Positions 1 through 14,800 of a stretch of DNA of 64,000 nucleotides are shown in pieces. The stretch is from Eledone cirrhosa (lineage: Eukaryota). The notes beneath the pieces were generated by a model. That model worked only from the letters and a program-made list of their open reading frames with translations. It was not told the DNA's origin and did not search any database. Each line of letters opens with the position of its first letter. Positions within the stretch are counted from its first letter, which is position 1. Location of the stretch: the NCBI GenBank assembly GCA_964016885.1, contig OZ024743.1, positions 329,468,001 to 329,532,000 of the forward strand, in the 5' to 3' direction. Both the position numbers and the translations under genes were made by a program.

Positions 1-116
1 GTTCGTTTACCGTTCCGCAGTTCTTCTGCTTTTCAAAAGTAGAGTTGAGATGGAGGGTCTGTGGTTTTTCTCAATGATATTAATAAATGGAAACTATATT
101 TATAAAACAAACTTTG

Positions 117-177
117 TATTTTATCTGATGAGGGCGTACCAAATTTTTGATACCTTTGAAATATATATAATAAAATA
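117..177 (+). ncRNA. Minimal type-I hammerhead ribozyme motif (PLE/retrozyme-like)
   Basis: TATTTTAT (117-124) - CTGATGA (125-131) - imperfect stem II (132-157) - GAA - palindromic ATATATAT stem III (161-168) - A17 (169; AUA triplet) - ATAAAATA (170-177), which is the exact complement of 117-124. Confidence 0.7.
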
Positions 178-310
178 AATATGGTTTTATAAATATAGTC
201 TTCATTTATTAATATCATTGATATTATACACCAGAAAACTTGTCGAGTACTTCGAATCAGTTATAAATATATATATTTGTTGGTAATTCAACAAATTAAA
301 TATCCCTTTG

Positions 311-353
<43 letters not shown>

Positions 354-357
<4 letters not shown>

Positions 358-585
358 ATATTTAATATAGAAATGGCTTTCTACAGGACTAGAAATATTT
401 CATTCGTATGAAGTCATCAAGAACCCCGGGTGACATAGTAAGTCGTTGATATTCATTGGTTTCATGGTGGTTTGGGCGTTGATATTTATATCAAGGGCCT
501 GCTTTGTCACCCGGCGTTCCACATGGCTTTATACGAATGAAACAGTTCTAGTCCTGTAGAAGCCATTTCTATATTAAATATTGAT
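354..585. repeat. Inverted repeat pair (about 82-bp arms, 69-bp spacer); each arm is a degenerate hammerhead cassette
   Basis: 354-435 is the reverse complement of 505-585. Both arms match 41543-41607 (TTCATACGAATGAAACAGTTC.AGTCCTGTAGAA..CATTTCTATAT). The left arm abuts a (TA)n tract. Confidence 0.8.
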
Positions 586-649
586 GTTCACACTCTACTA
601 ATGTATTTAGTACCTTATTTACAGTGGTTACCCCCCTATTTAATTCAGG

Positions 650-736
<87 letters not shown>

Positions 737-740
737 CGTG

Positions 741-771
<31 letters not shown>

Positions 772-1447
772 CGTATATACTCGAACACCTTTTTTTACCA
801 AAAAAATCTGGAATTTTCCATTGACATCATGTAAAGGTCGACCCTAGTATTTCACGGATTAAAGGTCAACATTTGGTGGTCTAGGTATCATCCTGTGCGT
901 AAAAATAACACTATTATAAAATCGTAATGAATTTAAAGCAAATATATATTATTGCAGATACTTGTCTGAAACTAAAAATTTACCCAAACATGTACCTACC
1001 TTACTATAGCCTGCCCTATAGTTGAGATGCTTGGTGCATATCTTGGAATGCTCGGTTTTTATAGTAAAATATCATATAATAACGAACATTACACATCTGT
1101 TGATAAGTGCTACATCACCATTACTAAAATCCATGTACTAGATGATTTACAAGCCTGCAAGTTTTACATTTTTCTCATTTCCAAACATAAATACATGCAC
1201 CAGCGCTCGTCTGATCGTCTGATTACAGAGAAACGTGGATTTTGTCATTTTTCCATGCATACAATAAGTGATATTACTGCAGTTTATTGATTTTGTTTTT
1301 ATTCGTTTAGAGAGTAGTCGGGCTTCTGATTCGGTACTGTAGATTCCAGCTAGAATTTCAAGGCGCTCAAAAGTAGTAACCATGTAATAGTCGATCCTTA
1401 TGAATATAAACTTAAAAGGTGGTCTACAAATTTCGACTTTTCAACGA

Positions 1448-1490
<43 letters not shown>

Positions 1491-2139
1491 ACACATCTCA
1501 AAATAATTACATCTAAAACTAAGAAAATCCCATGGTTAATACCTCTGAGTTTCACCCAACATATACATCCATATACGAACTCCAATATAAAAATTCTTGA
1601 ATGAAAATTACCTATCTAATTCAATCATGTGCTTTGCATTTCATCTCACATAACATATACCTATTTTATCACCACGTGTCTCTCTACCATATACCACGCC
1701 ATTTAAAAGAATTTAAACATTTCTAACACTTGTAACATGCTTTTACATTCTACACGAAATATGCTTATTTCAGCTGTAATATAACTCTTTCCTCATACAT
1801 GCCTTATTGATTGTATTGACTCTTGCATTACATACCCTTCACATTACCTGATTTCCAATGCTATGATATCTTATGTCTATCCTATCTTACATTTTTTTTC
1901 TTGCTTGTACCTTTTTTTGCTTGTACCTTTTGCACATGTATTACCTTAAACAATACCTTTATACATAATATGCTTATTTTTCACTTTTCACCATTGCTCC
2001 TTGTAATTGTGTTCTATGAAGCATAACATTCTTTTAACTCCCGATTTTCTATATGATGTCTATGACACTGACAACAGTTATGTATCTACCTAAATGTTCT
2101 GAAGACTAGGATTTTAATCACCTGTTTCGACATTCCCTA

Positions 2140-2186
2140 TGCTCCGATGATTTCAGCTATCCTCCTGGAAGAAACAATTGTCAGCA
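2140..2186 (+). ncRNA. Minimal type-I hammerhead motif with U4C core substitution
   Basis: TGCT - CCGATGA - TTTCAG/CTATCCTC/CTGGAA (stem II) - GAA - ACAATTGT (palindromic stem III) - C (GUC triplet) - AGCA. AATAAA and a microsatellite follow. Confidence 0.7.
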
Positions 2187-2357
2187 AATAAATGTATTAC
2201 ACTAAGATTAAGATTTGATTGTTTTAACATTTTGTATATATATATATGTATATATATATATGTATATATACACATATATATACATATATATATATACATA
2301 TGTGTGTGTGTGTGTGCGTGTGTGTGTGTGTGTATATGTATATATATATGTGTGTGG

Positions 2358-2395
<38 letters not shown>

Positions 2396-2506
2396 GAGAG
2401 AGAGAGAGAGTAAAACACTGAAAAGCCGATAATTTCACCAAGTAGATGATAGTGTGATTTGAGCTCAGAATGCATATAAGTAAAAATCTTACTTACATAC
2501 ATACGT

Positions 2507-2682
2507 ACAAGGCCAGTAATGATTTAGTGGTGGGGACGGGTGTGTGCTTTAATCGACCACATCACATTACCTAGAAGAATTAAAGGAAAATCTCACCTCG
2601 GCGTGACTTGAACTCAGAATGTAGAAAGTCGTAACTAAATATCTTAAAGCATTTTCTCCGACGCTCTACCGATTCTGCTAAT
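2507..2682 (-). mobile_element. Degenerate tRNA-derived SINE (family A)
   Basis: Reverse complement matches the copies at 4025 and 27981 (GAGTTCAAGTCACGCCGAGG; CTGGCCTTGT tail). Confidence 0.7.
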
Positions 2683-3009
2683 ATTTTACTAAGACATAAT
2701 AAAAACGCCATTTTAAGTGAAAGGAAAGATAAAGAATGAAAGAGAGGATGAGACAAGTGAGTGGTAGTAAGAGGTAGTGATAGCTATGTTGAAAAGAAAG
2801 GGGAAAGTGGCGTGTTGTAAGAGGAACAGGAAAATATGTTTAAAGCATTAAAGGAGAAAACACACACAGACACAGTGTACAAACGTGTGTGTGTGTCGAG
2901 ATAGTGAAACTTCGAAGTCACTATCAATAAAAACTATAATGCAGAGTAGAATCTATACATGTGTTGAGTTCTTTATTCAGTGAATGCTTTATTCAACCGA
3001 AGTCTTAAA

Positions 3010-3720
3010 AGATACATGAGAGGCTATCTTAAAGCAACTTGCCAACTCTTCACTGCTTGCCCCAGGGAAAGCACAATTTCTAAAAGTTGGCACAATGCAA
3101 CAATAATTCTACTGCACATAAAGTGAGACAGAAAAGACCTTGCGAACTATCGACCAATAAGCCTTCTAAGTGCCATATACAATCTATTCACAAAGATCAT
3201 GACAAATAGAATTTCCAAACAATTGGAGGAAACCAAACCACGTGAACAAGGAAGATTCCAAACTGTTTGTTTTTCATCATTGAATCACTACAGATTCAGA
3301 TAGCTTTTGTGGACTATTAAATGGTGTTTAGATTTGTAGAAATACCAGCAACGCAGATAGTTACAACAGACCAAGATGTAGAACCAACAAACGACAACGT
3401 CTTAAAACACGACTCCAGTATTTTAAAATACAACACCAACGTCTTCAAATAAAACACCAACATTTTAAAACACAATGTCAACGTATTAAAAGAAATCTAC
3501 CATCATGCTACATCTTCCATTAAACTATACAAAGACTTTAACCAATTACTTCTCGAATCGGATGTGAGGTAAGGTGATATTATTTTCTCTAAACTATGCA
3601 TAGTCTACATAAAACTCTTTTCGAAATGCAAATAAAAAAAATGGTTGCACGCCGTAAGATTTCTCTCTTCGTGGACAGAAAAGGGACTGAATGTAACCAA
3701 TTTCTAGGCTTGTTATTGTT
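3010..3720 (+). pseudogene. Decayed RTE-clade LINE reverse-transcriptase fragment
   Basis: Manual translation gives SWHNATIILLHIK*DRKDLANYRPISLLSAIYNLFTKIMTNRISKQLEETKPREQGRF...IAFVDY...VR*GDIIFSKL, which corresponds to the RT motifs NYRPISLL, PREQAGF, FVDY and GVRQGD. It contains stops and frameshifts, plus an internal ~21-bp tandem duplication at ~3395-3490. Confidence 0.85.
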
Positions 3721-4024
3721 ATGCCTTCACCAGAGAAATAATATCCTTGTCTGCCACAGAAAAAAAAAACAACAAAAAAAAAACATTAACAGTGATTTAT
3801 AATATTTACAAACTGGTAGAGCTAAACTGATTGGTTTGGCTAGCTTAACGATACATGAAATGATAATAATGACTAATTAACTAATTAAAAGTGTACTAAA
3901 CAGCGTTTGTTGGATAATATGGAATGTAAAGTATACTACATATATATTTACATAGTACATGCATACATACATACATACATACGTACGTACATACATTATT
4001 ACATACATTATTACATACGTACAT

Positions 4025-4213
4025 GGCGGTGGATTGGCAGTATCGGTAGAGGGTCGGACGCCTTGCTTTCCAGCATAGTTACGTCCCTTTGCGATCTGAG
4101 TTCAAATCCCGCCGAGGTTGACTTTGCCTTTCATCCTTACGGGGTCAATAAAATAAAGTACCAGTAATGCACTGGTAATTGCTGGCCTTGTGCCTAAAGT
4201 AGAAATTATTATT
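4025..4213 (+). mobile_element. tRNA-derived SINE family A (Deu/Nin-like core), with 18-bp TSD
   Basis: A-box TGGCAGTATCGG, B-box GAGTTCAAATCC, core GCCTTTCATCCTTACGGGGTCAATAAAATAAAGTACCAG, (ATT)n tail. TSD ATTATTACATACGTACAT at 4007-4024 and 4208-4225. Confidence 0.9.
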
Positions 4214-4329
4214 ACATACGTACATACATTCATACATACGTACATACATTCATACATGATGGTTGCTAAGAGTATTGCGATCACTTGTCAGATTATAACA
4301 TATCCTGAACAAGCAATGCCAGTGCTTTG

Positions 4330-4725
4330 AAGGTTTTTAAGTGGGGAAAGGCCTTGCACACAACCAACCCACGCTCTGAGCATCGAAAACACTATCCGAA
4401 AAGGAGAACTGGTCAACAACATCGGATGCTTCCAAAGCCGCAGGTATTTTTTTCAGAGTTTCCCTCTCCTAGAAAGGTGTTGTGACAACAACTTGGGGCC
4501 TTTTACTCCCAGGTGAAAAAAAAAGTACCATTTGGATGGCCGTTGACACTACTGAGTACTTCCACCCTTTGCCGGGTGTAATATTTCATCCCGCAGGGTG
4601 TCCAAATATTACCCTCACCACCAAGCAAGCTGGATGTGGTTGCTGGTTTAGTCGCTGACCACCCGACCATGAGACGGGTTCCACTAGGTTACATGTTACC
4701 AGTAGCACTCGAGAGCGATTTGATA
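4330..4725 (-). mobile_element. Dispersed repeat, probable RTE LINE 5' UTR fragment
   Basis: 4615-4725 aligns with 51635-51748. The minus-strand motif TCTAGGAGAGGGAAACTCTGA also occurs at 45737-45758 (+) and, from memory, resembles RTE 5' UTRs. Confidence 0.5.
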
Positions 4726-4749
4726 TAGTACATACATACATACATAATT

Positions 4750-5120
<371 letters not shown>

Positions 5121-5569
5121 AGGTACAGATACAAAACATATACACATGCACACATATAACTCCAAACATCCACATCCACACATACGATAACATCGATATC
5201 TACACATGCATGCATACATACATATCTACCTAGTTGATGCTGTGTAAATTCCAATGACAGAGTCTTGTAACTATGTTAGAAACCGACTCTCTCTCTCTAT
5301 TGGTAAAACTTTGTGAAATTATAAAACCAGAAGAACATACATACATACATACGTATGCATGTATGTATGTATGTATGTATGTATGTATGTATGTATGTAT
5401 GTATGTATGTATGTATGTATGTGTGTGTGTATGTGTGTGTATATATATGTGTGTGTGTGTGTATGTATGTGTATATGTATATGATTGTGTATGTATGTAT
5501 GTATGTATGTGTGTGTGTGTGTGTGTGTATGTGTGTGTATATATATATGTGTCTGTGTGTGTGTATGTA

Positions 5570-5629
<60 letters not shown>

Positions 5630-5892
5630 TGTGTGTGTGTGTTGGGGGTGTGTTGAAAGAGAGAATGGAGGATATAATAATAGTGTTAACGTTAATATAC
5701 ATAATATGGAAATGCTTCTTCTCTTCACAATTTGCGCATATTGGAAGTAACTAATTAATCTGTAATTTCAGTATTGATTGTATTTCTACTTATTTTAACG
5801 GAATTAATTCACTTCTATATTTTATCTTGCTTAAAAAAACACGAAATAAATATTCCCAGATTCCTATAATCAGTTAATTATTGTAGTGGTGT

Positions 5893-8800
5893 AGTACCAC
5901 TATACTACTGTACCACTGTACCACTATAACAGTATACCACTGTACCACTATACCACTGTACCACTGTACCACTGTACCACTATAACAGTATACCACTGTA
6001 CCACTATACCACTGTACCACTGTACCACTGTACCACTATAACAGTATACCACTGTACAACTATACCACTATACCACTATACCACTGTACCACTATACCAC
6101 TATACCACTGTACCACTATACCAGTATACCACTGTACCACTATACCACTGTACCACTATACCATATACCAGTATACCACTATACCACTATGCCACTGTAC
6201 CACTATACCAGTATACCGCTGTACCACTATACCACTGTATCACTATACCAGTATACCACTATACCAGTATACCACTGTACCACTATACCACTTTACCACT
6301 TACCACTATACCACTATACAACTGTACCATTATACCATTATACCACTATGCCACTATACCACTATACCACTATACCACTATACCACTGTACCACTATACC
6401 ACTATACCACTATACCGCTATACCAGTGTTCCACTATACCACTATACCACTGTGCCACTATGCCACTATATCACTATACCACTATACCACTATACCACTA
6501 TACCCCTGTACCACTATACCACTATACCACTATACCGCTATGCCACTATATCACTATACCACTATACCACTATACCACTATACCACTATACCACTGTACC
6601 ACTATGCCACTATACCATTGTACCACTGTACCATTATACCACTATACCACTATACCACTATATCACTATACCGCTGTACCACTGTACCACTGTACCACTG
6701 TAGAACTATACCACTATAGTACTGTGCCACGATAGCACTGTACCACAATACTGTACCACTATACCACTATACCAGTGTACCACTATACCACTATACCACT
6801 ATACCACTGTACCATTATACCACTATGCCACTGTACCACTGTACCAGTGTACCACTGTACCACTGTACTACTATACCACTATACCACTGTATCACTGTAC
6901 CACTATACCACTATGCCACTGTACAACTGTACCACTGTACCACTATACCACTATACCACTATGCCACTATACCACTATACCACTGTACCACTATGCCACT
7001 ATACAACTGTACTACTGTACTACTGTACCACTATACCACTATGCCACTATACCACTATACCACTGTACCTATATGCAACAATACCACTGTACACCTGTAC
7101 CACTGTACCACTATAGCACTATACCACTATACCACTGTGCCACTATACCACTACACCACTATAACACTGTACCAATATACCACTATAGCACTATACCACT
7201 GTACCACTGTACCACTGTACCACTGTACCACTGTACCACTATACCATCATACCACTGCACCACTATACCATTATACCACTGTACCACTATGCGACTGTAC
7301 CATTATACCACTATACAACTGTACCACTATACCACTATGCCACTATACCACTGTACCACTCTACCATTATATCCCTATGCCACTATACCACTATACAACT
7401 GTACCACTATACCATTATACCACTATACCACTGTAACACAATACCACTATACCAATGTACCACTATACCACTGTACCACTATACCACTATACCACTTTAC
7501 CACTGTAACACAATACCACTATACCAATGTACCACTATACCACTGTACCACTGTACCACTGTACCACTATACGACTATACCACTGAACCACCGTACGCCT
7601 ATAACACTATACCACTGTACCATAGTACCACTTTGCCACCATACCACTGTACCACTGTATTGAACCACTGTACCACTATAGCGTTGTACCACTATACCAC
7701 TGTACCAATGTACCACTGTACCACTGTACCACTGTACCACTGTACCAATGTACCACTATACCAATCTACCACTGTACGACTATACCACTGTACCACTATA
7801 CCATTATACCACTGTACCCCTATACCACTGTACCACGATGTCACTATACCACTGTACCACTGTAGCACTGTACCACTGTACTGCTGTATCACTATACCAC
7901 TATACCACTATACAACTGTACCATTGTAGCACTATACCACTGTACCAATATACCGCTATACCGCTGTACCACTACACCACTCTACCACTCTACAGCTAAA
8001 GCAATGTGCCATTGTACCGCTGTACAACTATACCACTATAACACTGTACCATTATACTACTGTACCACTGTACCATTATACCACTATACCACTGGACCAC
8101 TATACCATAATACCATTGTACCCATATACCACTGTACCACTATAGCATTGTACAACTGTACCACTGTACCATTATACCAGTGAACCACTATACACTGTAC
8201 CATTGTACCACTATACCACTGTACCACTATGCCACTGTATCACTATACAATTATACCACTATACCACTATACCATTGCACCACTATGCCACTATACCACT
8301 GACCCTATTACCACTCTACCACTGTACTACTGTACCACTATACCACTATACCACTATACCACTATACCACCGTACCACTATGCTACTATAACACTGACCA
8401 CTATAACACTATACCACTATACCACTGTACCACTGTACCACTGTACCCCAATACCACTATACCACTATACCAATGTACCACTGTACCATTATACCACTAC
8501 ACCACTATACCACTCTATACAACTGTACCACTATGCCACTGTACCACCACACAACTGAACCACTATACCATTATACCACTGTACCACTATACCACTATAC
8601 CACTGTACCAGTGTACCACTGTACGACTTACCACTATAACACTGTACCATTATACCACAGTACCACTATACCACTATACCACTATACCACTGTACAATTG
8701 TACGATTATACCACTATAGCATTGTGCCACTATACTACTTACCACGATACCACTATACCACTACACTAGTGTAGCCTATACCACTGTACCACTATACCAA

Positions 8801-11800
8801 TGTACCACTATAACACTGTACCACTGTACCACTATACCACTATACCACTACATCACTGTACCACTATACCAATGTACCACTATACCACTATTCCACTATA
8901 CCACTGTACCACTGTACCACTATACCACTGACCCACCTTACCACTGTACCATAGTACCACTATACAACTGTACCATTATACCACTATACCACTAGACCAG
9001 TGTAGCACTATACCACTGTACCACTATACCACTGTAACACTATATCACTATACCAATATACCACTATACCACTATACCACTACACCACTTTATCACTGTA
9101 CCACTACACCACTTTACCACTGTACCACTGTACCACTATACCACTATACCACTGTAAACCTATACCACTATACCACTGTAAACCTATACCACTATACCAC
9201 TGTCCCGTATACCACTGTACCACCATACAACTATACCACTGTACCATTGTACCACTATACCACTATACCACTATACCCTTGTACCATTATACCACTATAC
9301 CACTAGACCACTGTAGCACTATACCACTGTAACACTATATCACAATACCACTATACCACTATACCACTATACCACTATACCACTATACCACTATACCACT
9401 TTACCACTGAACCACTGAACCACTATACCACTATACCACTGTAACACTATACGACTGTACCACTATACCCTATACCGCTGTACCACTATACAACTATACC
9501 ACTGTACCATTGTACCACTATACGACTATACCACTATACCATTGTACCACTATACTACTGTACCACGATACCATTATACCATTGTACCACTGTGTGTACC
9601 ACTATACCACTGTGCCACTATAGCACTACACTACTGTAGCAATGTACCACTGTACCACTATACCACTGTACCATTATATCACTATACCACTATACCACTA
9701 TACTACTGTACCACTGTACCACTGTACCACTTACCACTCTACCACTGTACCAGTAAGCCACTCTGCCAATATACCACTATACCACTGTACCATTGTACCA
9801 CTGTTCCACTGTACCATTAAACCACTGTACCATTGTACCAGAGTACCAATGTACCATCACATCACTGTGGCTCTATACCACTATACAACTATACCACTAT
9901 ACCACTGTAACACGGTACCACTACACCATTATACCACTATACCACTGTACCACTGTACCACTATTCCTCTATACCACTGTACCAGTGTACCAATGTACCA
10001 TTACACCACTGTGCTTCTATACCACTATATAACTATACCACTATACCACTGTACCACTGTACCACTATAAAATTATACCACTGTACCACCGTACCACTAT
10101 TCCATTATATCACTGTACCGCAATACCACTATACCATTACAGCACTGTATCACTATACCACTATACCACTGTACGACTATACCACTATACGACTGTACCA
10201 CTGTACCACTATACCACTATACCAATGTGCCACTATACCACTATACCACTGTACCACTGTACCACTATACCACTATACCACTGTACAACTTTACCATTAT
10301 ACCACTATACTACTGTACCACTATACCACTATACCACTGTACCACTTTACCACTGTACCACTATAACACTATACCAATTACCACTGTACCACTGTAACAC
10401 TATACCACTATACCACTATACCACTATACCACTATAGCGCTGTACCACTATAACACTATACCGCTGACCCACTATACCACTATACCATTATACCACTATG
10501 CAACTGTAGCACTATACCACTGTACCATAGTACCACTCTGCCACTATACCACTATAACACACTACCACTATACCACTGTACCACTGTACCACTGTACCAC
10601 TACACCACTAATACCACTATACCACTGTACCACTGTACCACTATACCACTGTACCATTATACCATTATACCACTGTAGCGCTGTACGACTGTACCACTGT
10701 ACCACTGTGCCACTATACCACTGTACCACTGTACCACTGTACCACTATACCACTATACCACTATATCACTGTACCACTATACCACTATATCACTGTACCA
10801 CTATACCAATGTACCACTATACCACTATATCACTATACCACTGTACCACTATACCACTGACCCACCTTACCACTGTACCACAGTACCACTATACAACTGT
10901 ACCGTTATACCACTATAGCACTAGACCACTGTAGCATTATACCACTGTATCACTATACCACTGTAACACTATATCACTATAACACTATACCACTATACCA
11001 CTATACCACTTTACCACTGTACCACTATACCACTATACCACTGTAACACTATACCAATATACCACTCTCCCCTATACCACTATACCACAATACAACTATA
11101 CCACTGTACCATTGTACCACTATACCACTATACCACTATACCACTGTACCACTGTACCACTATACTACTGTACCACGATTCCACTATACCACTGTACCAC
11201 TGTTTTGTACCACGATACCATTGTGCCACTATAGCACTACACTACTTTAGCAATGTACCACTGTACCACTATACCACTGTACCATTATATCACTATACCC
11301 CTATACCACTATACCACTATACCACTGTACCACTGTACCACTTACCACTGTACCACTGTACCAGTATGCCACTATACCACTATACCACTGTACCATTGTA
11401 CCACTGTGCCACTGGACCACTATACCACTGTACCATTGTACCACTGTGCCAATATACCACGATACCACTGTACCATTGTACCAGAGTACCAATGTACCAT
11501 CACATCACTGTGGGTCTATACCACTATACAACTATACCACTATACCACTGTACCACTGTACCACTGTACCACTACACCACTACACCACTATACCACTATA
11601 CCACTATACCACTGTACCACTATTCCACTATACCACTGTACCAGAGTACCAATGTACCATTACACCACTGTGCTTCTATACCACTATATAACTATACCAC
11701 TATACCACTGTACCACTGTACCACTATACAATTATACCACTGTACCACCGTACCACTATACCACTATACCAATGTGCCACTATACCACTATACCACTGTA

Positions 11801-14800
11801 CCACTGTACCACTATACCACTATACCAATGTGCCACTATACCACTATACCACTGTACCACTATACCCCTTACCACTGTACAACTTCACCACTATACCACT
11901 ATACCACTGTACCACTATACCATTACACCACTGTATCACTATACCACTATACCACTGTACCACTATACCACTATACGACTGTACCACTGTACCACTATAC
12001 CACTATACCAATGTGCCACTATACCACTATACCACTGTACCACTATACCCCTTACCATTGTACAACTTCACCACTATACCACTATACCACTGTACCACTA
12101 TACCACTATACCACTGTACCACTTTACCACTGTATCACTATAACACTATACCACTGTACCACTGTACCACTGTACCACTATACCACTATACCACTATACC
12201 GCTGTACCACTATATCACTATACCGCTGACCCCCTATACCACTGTACCATTATACCACTATACAACTGTAGCACTATACCACTATACCACTGTACCACTG
12301 TACCAGTATACCACTATACCACTGTATCGCTATACCAATGTACCACCTTACCACTCTACCACAGTACCACTATACAACTGTACCACTATACTACTATACC
12401 ACTACACTACTGTAGCACTATACCACTGTATCACTATACCACTGTACCACTATATCACTATACCACTATACCATAATACTACTATACCACTATACCACTT
12501 TACCATTGTACCGCTATACAACTATACCACTGTACCTTTGTACCACTATACTACTGTACCACGATACCACAATACCACTGTATCACTGTTCTGTACCACT
12601 ATACCACTGTGCCATTATACCACTGTTCCACTATACCACTACACTACTGTAGCAATATACCACTGTACCACTATACCACTGTAGCATTATACCACTATAC
12701 CACTGTACTACTGTACCACTGTCCCACTGTACCACTGTACCACTATACCACTAAAATCATTGTACCACTATACCACTATACAAGTTTACCCCTATGCCAC
12801 TGTGCCACTGTACCATTGTACCACTGTGCCACTATACAACTATACCACCGTACCACTATACCACTGTACCATTTACCACTGTCCCACTATACCACTATAC
12901 CACGAAACCACTGTACCAACATACCATTGTACAATTGTACCACTGTACCTCTATACCAATGTACCAGTTTACTACTGTTCCGCGATGCCACTATACCACT
13001 GTACCACTATACCACTATACCACTATACCACTATACCACTATACCACTCTGCCACTACACCACTATACTCATCATCAACATCATTCGTCGACTATTGTCG
13101 AGATGATGGATCTCACTCTCATGCCCCAGAATTCCCTGTCCCCCATCGCTGCCCCCAGGTCCTGTATACTACTATACCACTGTACTACTATTCCACTATA
13201 CCACTGTACCACAGTACCAATGTACCATTACACCACTGTGCCACTATACAACTACACAACTATACCTCTATACCACTGTACCACTGTACCACAATATAAC
13301 TATACCACTGTACCACTGTACCACTATACCACTATACCACTGTGCCACTATACCACTATACCACTATACAACTATAGCACTGTACCACTGTACCACTATA
13401 CCACTATACCACTGTACCACAATACCACTATACGACTGTAACACTGTACCAATATACCACTATACCAATGTGCCACTACGCCACTATGTCACTATACCAC
13501 TGTAGCACGATACCACTATACCACTGTACCACTATACCACTATACCACTATACCATTGTACCACTTTACTACTGTACCACTTTACCACTGTACGACTATA
13601 CCACTATACCACTGTACCACTATACCACTGTACCACTGTACCACTGTACCACTGTACCACTGTACCACTATACCACTTTAGAACTATTTGACTGTACCAC
13701 TGTACCACGATACCACTATACCACTATACCACTGTACCACTCTACCACTATACCACTCCACCACTATAGCACTATACCACTGTACCACTGTACCACTGTA
13801 CCACTGTACCACTATACCACTATACCGCTGTACCACTATATCATTATACCATTATACCACTATACCACTTTACCACTATACCACTGTACCCCTATACCAT
13901 TATACCACTGTACCACTATGCCACTCTGCCACTATACCACTGTACCACTATCACTGTACCACTGTACTACTGTACCACTATACCACTATACCACTATACC
14001 ACTATGCCACTGCACCACTGCACCACTGTACCACTATACCACTGTACCACTGTACCATTATATCCCCCTCCCTATGTTACTATACCACTGTACCACCATA
14101 CCACTGTACCAGTATACCATTAGCACTATACTACACTATACCATTGTACCACAATACCACTAAACTAATGTATCACTATACCACTATACCACTGTACCAC
14201 TATACCACTATGCCACTCTACCACTATACCACTGTACCACTATACCAATGTACCACTGTACCACTATACAACTATACCACTATACCACTATACCAATATA
14301 CCATTGTACGACTATACCACTGTACCATTGTACCACTGTACCAATGTACCACTATGCCACATACCACTATACCACTGTACCACTGTACCACTATACCACT
14401 GTACCACTGTACCACTATACCACTGTACATCTATACCAGTATACCACTGTAGGGCTGTACCAATATACCACTGTACCACTGTACCACTGTACCACTATAT
14501 CACTGTACCATTGTACAACTATACCACTGTACCACTATACCACTGTACCACTTTACCACTGTACCACTATACCACTGTACCATTGTGCCACTGTACGACT
14601 GTACAAGTATGCCACTATACCACTATACCACTGTACCATCGTACCATTATACCATTGTACCATTATACTACTCTACAACGATACCACTATACCACTGTAC
14701 AACTGTCCTGTACGACTATACCACTACACTACTGTAGACTATACCATTGTACCACTATACCACTGTACCACTATACCACTGTACCACTGTACCAATATAC

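Noticed and set aside
1147-1383. 78-aa non-repetitive ORF
   Set aside because: No recognisable motif, and its length is compatible with chance.
4025-4115. tRNA genes at SINE heads
   Set aside because: A and B boxes are present, but there is no complete cloverleaf and the heads are always fused to the SINE core and tail.
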